Counted from the stretch's first letter, positions 1 through 8,771 are shown. The stretch is DNA of 64,000 nucleotides from Candidatus Shapirobacteria bacterium (GCA_028704885.1 JAQWEN010000001.1:109172-173171); one strand, 5' to 3'. Numbers and translations are program-made. The notes: generated from the sequence alone by a model not told the origin.

Positions 1-480
1 GCAGATAAATTGTTGATTGGTTTGATTGAGATAAAGGGCCAAATCGCTTATAGTTTTGTTGGTGCAACCACCAGAGTTATCTAAACAAATAGTGCCAATA
101 GGTTTATCGTTGGCCTGACCAAGGAGAACATCTTTAATTATTTTGCCTTTAAGACAGGATTGAGTATTGTTGAAAGTAGATCTGGAACCGGGATAGGCAT
201 GTTTTTCCTTATATTCTGGAGAATCAACATTACCAAAATCTGAAACATCTTCAGCTTTTATAATTTCGCTACGATTTGTGTCGATATCGTATGGTTTTTC
301 AAAAAGACTAGTAATCCAAGCCCAGATTATGGCAAGAATATTAGGGTCGGTGTATTTTATGAATTTACAAGTGTAAGTTGGAGTTGGAGTTTCAGCAAAA
401 ATAGGAGTGACTTGAAAGAGAGGGATGATTAAAAAAAATAAAACAAAAATTAGGCGATAAAAAGCTAATTTAAGAGACAT
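1..480 (-). CDS. Hypothetical secreted protein, N-terminal part; the ORF runs off the window start so the C-terminus is outside
   Basis: My own translation of the reverse strand from the ATG at 480 gives MSLKLAFYRLIFVLFFLIIPLFQVTPIFAETPTPTY..., a signal-peptide-like hydrophobic N-terminus. The frame stays open to position 1. It is not in the ORF track because it is truncated. Confidence 0.4.
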   Translation of the reverse strand, partial: MSLKLAFYRLIFVLFFLIIPLFQVTPIFAETPTPTYTCKFIKYTDPNILAIIWAWITSLFEKPYDIDTNRSEIIKAEDVSDFGNVDSPEYKEKHAYPGSRSTFNNTQSCLKGKIIKDVLLGQANDKPIGTICLDNSGGCTNKTISDLALYLNQTNQQFIC

Positions 481-502
481 GATTAATTATAGCAGTTGAA
501 AA

Positions 503-943
503 TTAAAAACCTCGACCGCCACCGCCATGAATTACACCAGAAGAACTGGTGTGAGTAGTAGAAGAGCTGGGAATAATAAAATCAAAAACATTAACACCAG
601 TAAAATTGCCAATAAATTTGATAATTAAGAAAGAAAGAATGACACCGACTAGACCAATAACTGAGGTGGTGAGAGTGGAAGTAGCTTTGGCGGTTTTTTT
701 GGGATCACCACCAGAAGTAAGATATAGAAAGCCACCTTTGAGGAGCATAATAAAAAAGGCAATTCCAGCAAAATAGACTATAACTTGGGCAATATTAGCA
801 AAAATACATTCAAAACCCTGAATATTGGCAATTTTGTCACCATTGCTGTCGAGGTTATAACAGGTGCTATTCCAAGCATCTTGGGCATAAACTGGAGAGG
901 GAGAGAGGATATTTGAGAGTAAATTCATGGTGTAATTATACAT
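503..943 (-). CDS. TrbC/VirB2-like (T4SS-type) pilin family small membrane protein, paralog 1 of 6
   Basis: Two hydrophobic helices flank a conserved 'TSGGDPKKT' motif. Five downstream paralogs share the architecture. Short pilins of this kind are typical in CPR. Confidence 0.6.
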   Translation of the reverse strand: MYNYTMNLLSNILSPSPVYAQDAWNSTCYNLDSNGDKIANIQGFECIFANIAQVIVYFAGIAFFIMLLKGGFLYLTSGGDPKKTAKATSTLTTSVIGLVGVILSFLIIKFIGNFTGVNVFDFIIPSSSTTHTSSSGVIHGGGGRGF

Positions 944-1005
944 TAAATCCTCTCTGTCTCGCTACTGCGAGACATCTCCCCTTAACAAAGGGAGAAGCCT
1001 TTAAC

Positions 1006-1032
1006 GAAAAACCCCTCCAGTTTTGGAGGGGT
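1006..1032 (-). terminator. Rho-independent terminator for the pilin gene at 1056..1433
   Basis: Hairpin cccctcca-gtttt-ggagggg. On the minus strand it is followed by a T-run, the complement of aaaaa at 1006-1011. Confidence 0.55.
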
Positions 1033-1055
1033 TTAAAAATCAATCTGATTTTAAA

Positions 1056-1433
1056 TTAGAAAGGTTTGATGGTTAGATCACCAAGGATGCTAATACCAAA
1101 AACTGTTCCAATTAATTGCATTATGGCCCAAGCTGCGAAAACAATGACTAAACCAATTAGAGCATTGGTAATTTGAGCACGAGCAGCAGCAACTTTCTTT
1201 TCATCACCACCAGAAGTAATCCATTTAAGACCACCAATGACAAGAATAAAGAAGAAAATTAAAGAAACGACGATTAAAACTAAGCTGATAGCACCGGAAA
1301 CCATACGATTGACAGTTAAACCTTCGAGATTTTTAAAGGTTCCGTCTCCGGCAGTTAACTTTAGGCTGTCAGCTGCATAGATTGGAGCGGCAATGGCAGC
1401 GAACTGAATTTTATTTTTGATTTGTTTAATCAT
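1056..1433 (-). CDS. TrbC/VirB2-like pilin family protein, paralog 2
   Basis: N-terminal hydrophobic segment, 'ITSGGDEKKVAAARA' motif, second TM helix. Confidence 0.6.
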   Translation of the reverse strand: MIKQIKNKIQFAAIAAPIYAADSLKLTAGDGTFKNLEGLTVNRMVSGAISLVLIVVSLIFFFILVIGGLKWITSGGDEKKVAAARAQITNALIGLVIVFAAWAIMQLIGTVFGISILGDLTIKPF

Positions 1434-1472
1434 TTTTATTTTAATAATTATTAACTAATTTTAGCAGTAAAT

Positions 1473-1844
1473 TTAAATAGTTGGCCATTTAATTTCTAAG
1501 GTGCCTAGTCCGTCGATACCAAAAATATAACCAACTAGTTTAAGAAGAGCGAGAACTGAGAAAATAATAACAATACCGACTAGGGAATAAAGAAGGGCAT
1601 GTTGGGCTTCTTCATATTTTTTAGGATCACCCATGGAAGAAATCATATGATAACCAGCGAGAATAAAATGATAGACAAAATAAATGACACCAAAAACAAA
1701 TAAAACAGAAATTATTGTTTGAATAGCACTATTAATATAGCCAGTGGGATTTTCACTTACATTTATGTTATCTTTGTTGGTTAAAACAGGATTAATTATT
1801 TGGGCGTAGATTGGTTGAATTAAAGTCATATCTTTATTGAGCAA
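1473..1844 (-). CDS. TrbC/VirB2-like pilin family protein, paralog 3
   Basis: 'SSMGDPKKYEEAQ' motif between two TM helices. Confidence 0.6.
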   Translation of the reverse strand: MLNKDMTLIQPIYAQIINPVLTNKDNINVSENPTGYINSAIQTIISVLFVFGVIYFVYHFILAGYHMISSMGDPKKYEEAQHALLYSLVGIVIIFSVLALLKLVGYIFGIDGLGTLEIKWPTI

Positions 1845-2196
1845 TCGTTTTACTAAAAAATGTTTGTAAATTGAAAACAGAACTCATACCAAGAAGATTG
1901 GCAATTAGAGCACCGAGACCATAGGCAAGGATAATGATGGCTAAACCCATAACATTTGTGGTTAATCGTTTTTTGGCTGATTCAAGTTCTTTTGGATCAC
2001 CTTGGGAAGCGATCATAGTAAAACCAGCTAAAATTATTTGGATAGTAAAATAAATGACACCGATGATAGTCATAATACCGATGATGGCACTAATAATGTT
2101 TTCGATTTGAGGAGCTGATCCAACATTTGTATCGCTTGGTTGGATACCTGGACCAGTAAGAGGATAGGCTAATAATTTATTGGTTAATTGGTTCAT
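1834..2196 (-). CDS. TrbC/VirB2-like pilin family protein, paralog 4
   Basis: 'ASQGDPKELESAKK' motif between two TM helices. Overlaps the neighbouring paralog by 11 nt. Confidence 0.6.
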   Translation of the reverse strand: MNQLTNKLLAYPLTGPGIQPSDTNVGSAPQIENIISAIIGIMTIIGVIYFTIQIILAGFTMIASQGDPKELESAKKRLTTNVMGLAIIILAYGLGALIANLLGMSSVFNLQTFFSKTIAQ

Positions 2197-2198
2197 AA

Positions 2199-2525
2199 TT
2201 ATATTTCTGGATTAAGAATGTTTAAGCCGAGCCAATGACCAATGGTATTGGTAAGGACAAAGGCAGAGGCAACAATAACAATACCAATAAGACTTTGCCA
2301 AATAGTGGCCCAAGCTTGAGCAGTTTTTTTCTCGTCACCGTTGGCAGAAAGATAAGTATAACCGGCAATAATAATTTGAATGACGAAATAGATGCCGGCA
2401 ATAGTGCCAGCTAGTTTAAAAATAGCACTTAAAAAAACGAAAATTCCATTACCACCACCACCGCCAGCATTTTCAAAATCCTGAATTGCTTTAGGAGCTT
2501 GAATGTTTCCAAAAATTCCTATCAT
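2199..2525 (-). CDS. TrbC/VirB2-like pilin family protein, paralog 5
   Basis: 'LSANGDEKKTAQAW' motif between two TM helices. A Gly-rich stretch GGGGGNG follows the N-terminus. Confidence 0.6.
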   Translation of the reverse strand: MIGIFGNIQAPKAIQDFENAGGGGGNGIFVFLSAIFKLAGTIAGIYFVIQIIIAGYTYLSANGDEKKTAQAWATIWQSLIGIVIVASAFVLTNTIGHWLGLNILNPEI

Positions 2526-2535
2526 ATTTTTATTT

Positions 2536-2871
2536 TTATAAGGTTGACTCTAAAATATTAAGTCCAGTAATAACTTCGATTATTTTAATAATGGAATAAG
2601 CCAAAAAAACAACGGCAAATCCAATTGCGGCATTGGTGATAGCCGATTTACCTTGGCTGGCTTTTTTAGGATCACCTTTGCCTGCGTTCATTATAACTGT
2701 AATTCCGCCAAAAATCAAAAGAGAGAGGAGAATAATGCCGGCGAGCATTAGAGAATATTTAAGAACAGCTGAAACAAGAATGCTGACACCGCCAGTTCCA
2801 TAAGTAGTTTCTAGGTTTTTACCTGTTCCAAGATTAATTTCGCCTATGTTGAAGGCTAACAACTGTTTCAT
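2536..2871 (-). CDS. TrbC/VirB2-like pilin family protein, paralog 6
   Basis: 'NAGKGDPKKASQGK' motif between two TM helices. Confidence 0.6.
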   Translation of the reverse strand: MKQLLAFNIGEINLGTGKNLETTYGTGGVSILVSAVLKYSLMLAGIILLSLLIFGGITVIMNAGKGDPKKASQGKSAITNAAIGFAVVFLAYSIIKIIEVITGLNILESTL

Positions 2872-2966
2872 TCTGTAAAATTATACTATATTTAAGGCTT
2901 AAAAAGAGGGTTTATTTTAATTAATAATTAAGAATTAATAATTAAGAATTTTTTTAATAAAAACGG

Positions 2967-2975
2967 TGTTATAAT
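2967..2975 (+). promoter_or_regulatory. Extended -10 promoter element (TGtTATAAT) upstream of the membrane-protein/ATP-grasp operon
   Basis: tgttataat sits about 50 nt upstream of the ATG at 3028. The AT-rich intergenic region carries tandem 'aataattaagaatt' words, also seen at 5385-5400. Confidence 0.4.
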
Positions 2976-3027
2976 ACGCAACAAATTAGTTCTTCAAGTT
3001 ATCAAGTTATAAAGTAGAATAAGTTAT

Positions 3028-3906
3028 ATGAAAAAAATAGTCGCCCCACTATTAATAGTATTTGGTGTTTTGTATTTATTACTTGGCACAAGACCGATTG
3101 AAGCTAAGGCGGTAAAGATTCTTCCAACTAAAACAGCAACTCCGACAGCAACCTTAATTCCAACAGCAATTCCAACAATAACCAATATTACCGAAGCAAA
3201 AAGCAATAAAATTGATTATAAGGTGGGAAAATGGAATGGTTTGAATAGTATGAGATGGATGATTAGACTGGCGATTGAAAGAGGGGTGTCGACTAATACA
3301 ATAGTTTTACTTTTATTACTGCCATTAATTGCAACTTTGGTGTCATTTTTGCATTATGTGGTGGGTTTGTCCGGTTATGGAATTTTTATGCCAACAATGA
3401 TTGCAGTGGCTTTTTTGGCAACTGGTTTCTTTGGTGGATTATTACTTTTTGCTTTAATTTTGATTATTTCTTTGGTTGGTGATTTTATTTTGAAAAAATT
3501 GAAGATTCATTTTTGGCCAGCTAGAGCCATTAATTTAATGTTTATTTCGGTGGCTGTTTTTGGGTTAATGTTATTGACTAGTTTTGTAGATTTGATTGAT
3601 ATTAGTTCAATTTCTATTTTCCCAATCTTATTTATGATACTTTTAGCAGAAGAATTTGTGAGAACACAATTGGTTAAAAGTAAAAGTGAGGCTAAAAATC
3701 TAATGATAGGAACAATTGTATTGGCTATTAGTGGAGGAGTCTTGATGAATTTTAGTTCGGTTCAAAATTTGGTTTTGAGATATCCAGAACTAGTTATATT
3801 AGTAGTATTGGTGGCAAATTTATTGATTGGAAATTATTCAGGAATAAGGTTGACAGAAATAAAAAGATTTAAAGGGGCGATACGTTCTAAACCCACCACC
3901 CGATAA
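3028..3906 (+). CDS. Polytopic membrane protein with about 6-7 TM helices and a signal/anchor plus Thr/Pro-rich linker; possible 7TM partner of the ATP-grasp system
   Basis: N-terminal hydrophobic segment, T/P-rich low-complexity stretch, then six to seven predicted TM helices. The C-terminal 'SKPTTR' tail is encoded by an RPE-like repeat. Confidence 0.55.
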   Translation: MKKIVAPLLIVFGVLYLLLGTRPIEAKAVKILPTKTATPTATLIPTAIPTITNITEAKSNKIDYKVGKWNGLNSMRWMIRLAIERGVSTNTIVLLLLLPLIATLVSFLHYVVGLSGYGIFMPTMIAVAFLATGFFGGLLLFALILIISLVGDFILKKLKIHFWPARAINLMFISVAVFGLMLLTSFVDLIDISSISIFPILFMILLAEEFVRTQLVKSKSEAKNLMIGTIVLAISGGVLMNFSSVQNLVLRYPELVILVVLVANLLIGNYSGIRLTEIKRFKGAIRSKPTTR

Positions 3907-3954
3907 ATCGGGAGCCTCCCTTGAAGAAGGGAGGCCTTAATTAATTTAATTAAT

Positions 3955-5319
3955 ATGTTTAATTTAAGAAAATATCGACAATTTTTGACCAAAAATGAGA
4001 GAAATAAGGTCTATTTGAGAAAAAATAGTGCCAGTGGTAAGGCAATTGCTGATAGTAAATTTAAAACAAAAAGAATTATTTCTAAAGCTGGAGTGTCGGT
4101 ACCAAAGCTGATAGCCAGATTCAAAACAGAACAAGATTTGGCTAAATTCAGATGGGAAGATTTGGAAGGTAATTTTGTAATAAAACCGGAATCTGGTTAT
4201 GGTGGAGATGGAATTTTAATTATTCGAAAAAGAGGAAAATGGGCTGGGGAATGGCAAAAAATGAATGGAGAAATTGTAAAAAGTTACGATTTGAATATGC
4301 AGTGTGAGGAAATTTTGGCAGGAAAATATAGTTTACATACTATGCCAGATAGAGTATTGATTGAAGAAAGAATTAAAATTCATCCGATGTTCTTATCGTT
4401 GACTAAGTCAGGAACTCCAGATATTAGAGTGATTGTTTACAACAATGTGCCTGTGATGGCGATGTTTAGAATTCCGACTGAAAAAAGTGGAGGTAAGGCT
4501 AATTTACAACAAGGGGCAATGGGACTGGGGATTGATTTAGCAACAGGAATTACAACTTTTGGAATTGAAGGAAAAGGAGAAGAAATCTATCGAATTTATG
4601 ATTTTGGTAAGAAAAAAAATAGAAAAGTGAATGGAATTAAAATTCCTTTTTGGAGAGAAATATTAGAAACGGCGATTAATTGTCAAAAAGCGGTTCCAAC
4701 TTTGGGATTTATGGGGGTGGATGTGGTTTTGGATAAAGAGAAGGGGCCAATGGTGCTGGAAGTAAATGCCAGACCGGGACTTTCGATTCAAATTTGTAAT
4801 AAAGCGGGGTTAAAAGCCAGAATAGAAAAAGTTGACGGGATAACAGTTCGAAGTATTGATCATGCGGTTACTTTGGCTAAATATTTATTTGGAGAAAGTT
4901 TTTTTGAAAAAGTTGAAGAAAAAGAGAAAAAACAAACAGTGGCACCAATAGAAATAATTAAAGTTAAAATTCCAAAAGGGTTTAAACCGCTTTTACAAAA
5001 AAGTCCGATTCTTAAGCAAGGAAAGCATAGAGTGGTGGATGTTAGAGCTAAAGTTGATACTGGAGCATTTAGAAGTTCGATTGATAGAAATTTGGCTGAA
5101 AAATTGGGTTTATTAACTAAAGATAGAATTTTATATTATCGAAATTATAAGTCGAGTTTGGGAAAACATCACGATCGACCGGTAATCGGGATTACTTTTT
5201 GGCTTAATGGCAGAAAAGTGATAACGGCAGTGAATGTAGCGGATAGAGATAAATTGAGAACTAAATTTTTATTAGGTAGAAAGGATCTAGGAGGATTCTT
5301 GGTTAGTGCTAAAAAATAA
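3955..5319 (+). CDS. RimK-related ATP-grasp ligase (alpha-L-glutamate-ligase-like) fused to a C-terminal RimB-type retropepsin-like domain ('ATP-dependent Zn protease', PF05618-like)
   Basis: The N-terminal 'RNKVYLRKNSASGKAIADSKFKTKRIISKAGVSVPKL' is typical of the TIGR02291-like ligase family; ATP-grasp core follows. The C-terminal 'RAKVDTGAFRSSID...LLGRKDLGGFLV' matches the DTGA-containing retropepsin-like domain that partners RimK. Confidence 0.65.
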   Translation: MFNLRKYRQFLTKNERNKVYLRKNSASGKAIADSKFKTKRIISKAGVSVPKLIARFKTEQDLAKFRWEDLEGNFVIKPESGYGGDGILIIRKRGKWAGEWQKMNGEIVKSYDLNMQCEEILAGKYSLHTMPDRVLIEERIKIHPMFLSLTKSGTPDIRVIVYNNVPVMAMFRIPTEKSGGKANLQQGAMGLGIDLATGITTFGIEGKGEEIYRIYDFGKKKNRKVNGIKIPFWREILETAINCQKAVPTLGFMGVDVVLDKEKGPMVLEVNARPGLSIQICNKAGLKARIEKVDGITVRSIDHAVTLAKYLFGESFFEKVEEKEKKQTVAPIEIIKVKIPKGFKPLLQKSPILKQGKHRVVDVRAKVDTGAFRSSIDRNLAEKLGLLTKDRILYYRNYKSSLGKHHDRPVIGITFWLNGRKVITAVNVADRDKLRTKFLLGRKDLGGFLVSAKK

Positions 5320-5322
5320 TAA

Positions 5323-5372
5323 TCCTCTCTGTCCCGCTGTTGCGGGACATCTCCCCTTAACAAAGGGAGAAA
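5323..5372. repeat. RPE-like palindromic repeat (family 1)
   Basis: aatcctctctgtcCCGCTGTTGCGGGacatctccCCTTaacaAAGGgagaa. The copy at 7376 is nearly identical. Confidence 0.8.
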
Positions 5373-5415
5373 ATAAATTAATAATTAAGAATTAAAAATT
5401 AATAATATATAAAAT

Positions 5416-6387
5416 ATGACCAAAATAGCAGTGTTTTTTGGAGGGAAAATTAGTCAACATTTGGTGTTGGTGAAAAAGGCGGCAAAGAAATTGGGAGTTA
5501 AATTGGATTTAATTTCTTATAATAAAATTTGCTTTGATACGGAAAGTAGCAAAATTTTAATAAGACCAAATTTGGTCGGCGAAAGCAGAATTAAACAATT
5601 TGATGATTTTCAAAAAGTCGATGATTATGATGTGTTATTTTTTAGAACCACCGGAAAACATTGGGAAGAGGTCGATCTTATTATTAATCAAATTAATAAG
5701 GGCGACCACAAGAGTCGCCCGTACATAGTTGATCCATTGGTGGAAAGTGGAAAACCATCGATGGCTTGTAAAGCTTGGCAAATGTTGGCTTTGAAAGAAG
5801 CGGGAATAGAGGTACCAAAAACGGTTTATGGGAGTTTGTGGTATTTGTATGAACAAATGCGGGCAGACACATCGGTCTGCCCTTACACTTGGCCAGTGAT
5901 AATTAAAGGATCGGGTGGAGATAGAGGAACAAGAGTTTTTAAGGCGGATAATTTAAAACAATTGGAAAAATTAGTTAGAGATTTGAGAAAAAGTGAAACT
6001 GAAGAGGGCCGAAGATATATGCTACAAGAATTTATTCCTAATGATGGTGATTTTAGAGTTTTGGTTTTGGGAGAAAAAGTGTTGGGAGTGATGAAAAGAA
6101 GCAGTCAATCGGTGGCCGAATTTAAGAATAATTATTCGGCCGGGGGAAAAGTAGAAGTGGCTGATTTGCCGGAAGAAATTAAACAATTAGCGGTTAAGGC
6201 GGCGAAAGTTTGCGGATTGGCAGTGGCGGGAGTGGATGTGGCTTTTAGAGATTTTGATCTTAAAAAACCAGTAATTTGGGAAGTTAATAAAGGACCTCAA
6301 TTTAAAGGTTTTATGCAGGCAACTGGAATTGATGTACCAGCAGAAATAGTTAAATTTTTAGTAAGTTTAAAACCCCTCTGTCGATAA
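5416..6387 (+). CDS. RimK-family ATP-grasp ligase
   Basis: Pre-ATP-grasp N-terminus. ATP-grasp motifs 'WPVIIKGSGGDRGTRVF', 'MLQEFIPNDGDFRVLVLGEKVLGVMKRS' and 'AGVDVAF...WEVNKGPQFKGF'. The C-terminal 'KPLCR' is encoded by a repeat copy. Confidence 0.75.
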   Translation: MTKIAVFFGGKISQHLVLVKKAAKKLGVKLDLISYNKICFDTESSKILIRPNLVGESRIKQFDDFQKVDDYDVLFFRTTGKHWEEVDLIINQINKGDHKSRPYIVDPLVESGKPSMACKAWQMLALKEAGIEVPKTVYGSLWYLYEQMRADTSVCPYTWPVIIKGSGGDRGTRVFKADNLKQLEKLVRDLRKSETEEGRRYMLQEFIPNDGDFRVLVLGEKVLGVMKRSSQSVAEFKNNYSAGGKVEVADLPEEIKQLAVKAAKVCGLAVAGVDVAFRDFDLKKPVIWEVNKGPQFKGFMQATGIDVPAEIVKFLVSLKPLCR

Positions 6388-6417
6388 ATCGACATCTCCC
6401 CTTGAAGAAGGGGAGAA
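6372..6417. repeat. RPE-like palindromic repeat (family 1); the central hairpin is a cgATAAAtcg variant
   Basis: cccctctgtCGATAAATCGacatctccCCTTgaagAAGGggagaa. Confidence 0.75.
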
Positions 6418-6438
6418 ATATAAATTAAATATATAAAA

Positions 6439-7377
6439 ATGAATAAAAAAATAGTCACATTTACAATGTCGTTAAAACAAAGCCAATTTGAGGTAGATAG
6501 ATTGGAGACTGAAGCTAAAAAACTGGGAGTAGAGGTAAACAGATCGCTTTATAAAGATCTAACTTTTAATTTGGAAAATGGGAAAACCAAAGTTTTGATT
6601 AGAGAAGAAGAAATTAATGGAGAAAATACTTTGGGAATGTGGTTTAGAGTGGCGGGAACAGTGTCGGGAAAATATACTGAGGGTCGAAATTTGGCGATAA
6701 GACTTTTACAAAATGAAGTGTTTGCGGCCAATCATACAGGATATTTGAATTGGACCAGAATGGGAAAAATTAGTCAACATGGATTATTTCTAGAAAACAA
6801 TATTCCAGTGGTACCGACTAAAATATTTTATACAAAAGAACAAATTCAAAACCCCTCTGTCCTTCGGACATCTCCCCTTGATGAAAGGGAGACTTTTGGG
6901 GATTGGGAATTTCCAATTATTGCGAAGCATGAAAAGGGCTATCAAGGTAAAAGTGTGAGGAAATTTGAATCTATAAAAGAAGTTAGAAAGTTTGTAAAGA
7001 GAATTAATGAAAAGAATATTGGAATGTTTTTGTGGCAAAAATGTTTACCAACCAGATGGGATTTGAGAATTATTGTGTTGGACGGAAAGGCAATTGGGGC
7101 CATGAAAAGATCGGCAGTCGGTGATGAATTTAGAAGCAATTTTAGCTTGGGGGGAAATGTTGAAGCATGGAATTTGTCGGAAACTGATAGAGAAATTGCG
7201 GAAAAGGTGGCTAAAGTTTGTGGATTGGATTATTGTGGAGTAGATATTATGAAAGACAATGATGACAATAGTTTTGTATTGGAAGTAAACCGACAATGCC
7301 AATTTCAGGGTTTTGAAAAGTCGACGGGAATTAATGTGGCTAAATTAGTAGTGGAAATGTTTTTGAAAAAGAAATAA
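6439..7377 (+). CDS. RimK-family ATP-grasp ligase carrying an in-frame RPE-like repeat insertion
   Basis: 'FPIIAKHEKGYQGKSVRKF', 'DLRIIVLDGKAIGAMKRS' and 'GVDIM...LEVNRQCQFQGF' are ATP-grasp motifs. Residues 'NPSVLRTSPLDERE' are translated from the repeat copy at 6850-6893. Confidence 0.7.
   Translation: MNKKIVTFTMSLKQSQFEVDRLETEAKKLGVEVNRSLYKDLTFNLENGKTKVLIREEEINGENTLGMWFRVAGTVSGKYTEGRNLAIRLLQNEVFAANHTGYLNWTRMGKISQHGLFLENNIPVVPTKIFYTKEQIQNPSVLRTSPLDERETFGDWEFPIIAKHEKGYQGKSVRKFESIKEVRKFVKRINEKNIGMFLWQKCLPTRWDLRIIVLDGKAIGAMKRSAVGDEFRSNFSLGGNVEAWNLSETDREIAEKVAKVCGLDYCGVDIMKDNDDNSFVLEVNRQCQFQGFEKSTGINVAKLVVEMFLKKK
6850..6893. repeat. RPE-like repeat (family 1) inserted in-frame inside the ATP-grasp CDS
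   Basis: aacccctctgtCCTTCGGacatctccCCTTgatgaAAGGgagac. The frame is uninterrupted. Confidence 0.7.
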
Positions 7378-7426
7378 TCCTCTCTGTCCCGCTGCTGCGG
7401 GACATCTCCCCTTAACAAAGGGAGAA
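7376..7426. repeat. RPE-like palindromic repeat (family 1)
   Basis: aatcctctctgtcCCGCTGCTGCGGGacatctccCCTTaacaAAGGgagaa. Confidence 0.8.
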
Positions 7427-7489
7427 TTTTTTTATTTTTACGGGTATTTTAATTTTAGTAGGTTACTGTTAAAATAGGTTTACTTTTGA

Positions 7490-7563
7490 GGGTGATTAGC
7501 TCAGTTGGTTAGAGCACCGTCCTGATAAGACGGGGGTCGGAGGTTCGAGTCCTCCATCACCCA
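7490..7563 (+). tRNA. tRNA-Ile (anticodon GAT)
   Basis: The cloverleaf folds by hand. Acceptor stem GGGTGAT/ATCACCC. Anticodon stem CCGTC/GACGG with loop CTGATAA. T-arm GGAGG-TTCGAGT-CCTCC. CCA is not encoded. Confidence 0.85.
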
Positions 7564-7573
7564 CAGATACAAA

Positions 7574-7626
7574 ATCCCTCTCGTTCGCCAGCTGGCGAAC
7601 GCATCTCCCTTTGATAAAAGGGAGAA
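7574..7626. repeat. RPE-like repeat (family 1); the central hairpin is a gttcgccagctggcgaac variant
   Basis: aatccctctcGTTCGCCAGCTGGCGAACgcatctccCTTTgataAAAGggagaa. It lies immediately 3' of tRNA-Ile. Confidence 0.7.
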
Positions 7627-7655
7627 ATTGTTTTTGTTTTGTTAGAATTAAAGAC

Positions 7656-8771
7656 ATGAAGAAGTGGATTTTAAGATTAGGATTGATTCTTATATTAGTT
7701 GGTGGGTTTTTGGGATGGGGTTTTTTGAATAATAAAATTGAGATTTTAAATCCATTGTCCAATAAAAAAACTGTTGTTAATCATAAAAAAAACATGAAAG
7801 TGGTGGGTTTTTTACCTACTTGGAATATTGGTAAAACAATTGAATATACAGATGAAATTAGCCATTTGATATTTTTGGGAATAGAAATTGATGAAAAAGG
7901 AAACTTGATCTGGGATACTCAGAGTAAAAAAATAAATAATGAAAATTATCTAAAACAAAAAGAATTAATTTGGAAAAATGGAGGTAAAAATATTTTGGGA
8001 ATTAAATTATTTGAAGATGAAAATATTGATAAATTGATGGCTTCGGAGGAGGCCCAGGATAACTTGCTTAATCAATTAGCTGAATTATTAAAAACAAATA
8101 AGTTTGATGGGGTTAATGTTGATTTTGAATATATGGGGAATCCAACAGCAATTTTATCGGAAGAAATTGTTGGTTTTTTAAATAAATTAAAAGAAGAAAA
8201 TTTAGGCGAAATCAGTTTAGATGTATTTGCCAATACTATTATTAAAGGTGATCAAGAGAATTTATTAAAATTAATGGCCGAAGTTGATTATTTAATAGTG
8301 ATGGCTTATGACTTTCATCGACCAGGAGTGGATTTTGCTGGACCGGTGGCACCAATTAGGGCATCAGTAGGAGAGAGAAGTATTTTGGAAGTGATAGAAA
8401 AAATAGGAATTTCTGGTTTAGACAAAACTAAAATGGTGTTGGCATATCCCTTATATGGTTATGAATGGAAAACTTATAACAATGAATTTGGGGCAGCGGT
8501 TAAAAGAGGCTGGTCGGCTTTGGCTTCGTATAAAAGGATGAAAGAGATGATAGATACTGCCGACACTAAAGCTATGGCGGTTAAATGGGATGAGGAATCG
8601 ATGACACCGTGGATGTCTTTTGAAGAAAATGGGGTAATTCACCAGATTTATTTTGAAAATTTGGAAAGTATTACCAGGAAAATTGAATTGGCAAAAAATA
8701 ATCAGATGGGAGGAATTGGTTTTTGGGCGTTAGGTTATGAAGGAGAAAATAGTGAAGTTTGGGAATTTTAG
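7656..8771 (+). CDS. Glycoside hydrolase family 18 (chitinase-like) protein with an N-terminal membrane anchor
   Basis: The GH18 catalytic motif 'FDGVNVDFEY' fits the DGxDxDxE pattern. 'LIVMAYDFH' and 'GGIGFWALGYEG' are present. I chose the start at MKKWILRLGLILILVGG (7656); the track start at 7611 would read through the repeat. Confidence 0.7.
   Translation: MKKWILRLGLILILVGGFLGWGFLNNKIEILNPLSNKKTVVNHKKNMKVVGFLPTWNIGKTIEYTDEISHLIFLGIEIDEKGNLIWDTQSKKINNENYLKQKELIWKNGGKNILGIKLFEDENIDKLMASEEAQDNLLNQLAELLKTNKFDGVNVDFEYMGNPTAILSEEIVGFLNKLKEENLGEISLDVFANTIIKGDQENLLKLMAEVDYLIVMAYDFHRPGVDFAGPVAPIRASVGERSILEVIEKIGISGLDKTKMVLAYPLYGYEWKTYNNEFGAAVKRGWSALASYKRMKEMIDTADTKAMAVKWDEESMTPWMSFEENGVIHQIYFENLESITRKIELAKNNQMGGIGFWALGYEGENSEVWEF

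Noticed and set aside
7430-7490. 16S rRNA 3' end immediately upstream of tRNA-Ile
   Set aside because: No anti-SD or 16S terminal motifs (GGATCACCTCCTT) are present. The upstream sequence is a CDS plus a repeat.
7611-7655. Upstream extension of the GH18 ORF (MIKGRNCFCFVRIKD...)
   Set aside because: The extension reads through the RPE-like repeat. The downstream ATG at 7656 gives a canonical Lys-rich N-terminus plus TM anchor, so it was chosen.
7496-7762. 88-aa ORF on the minus strand overlapping tRNA-Ile and the RPE-like repeat
   Set aside because: It overlaps a well-folded tRNA gene and a repeat and has no coding signature. It is spurious.
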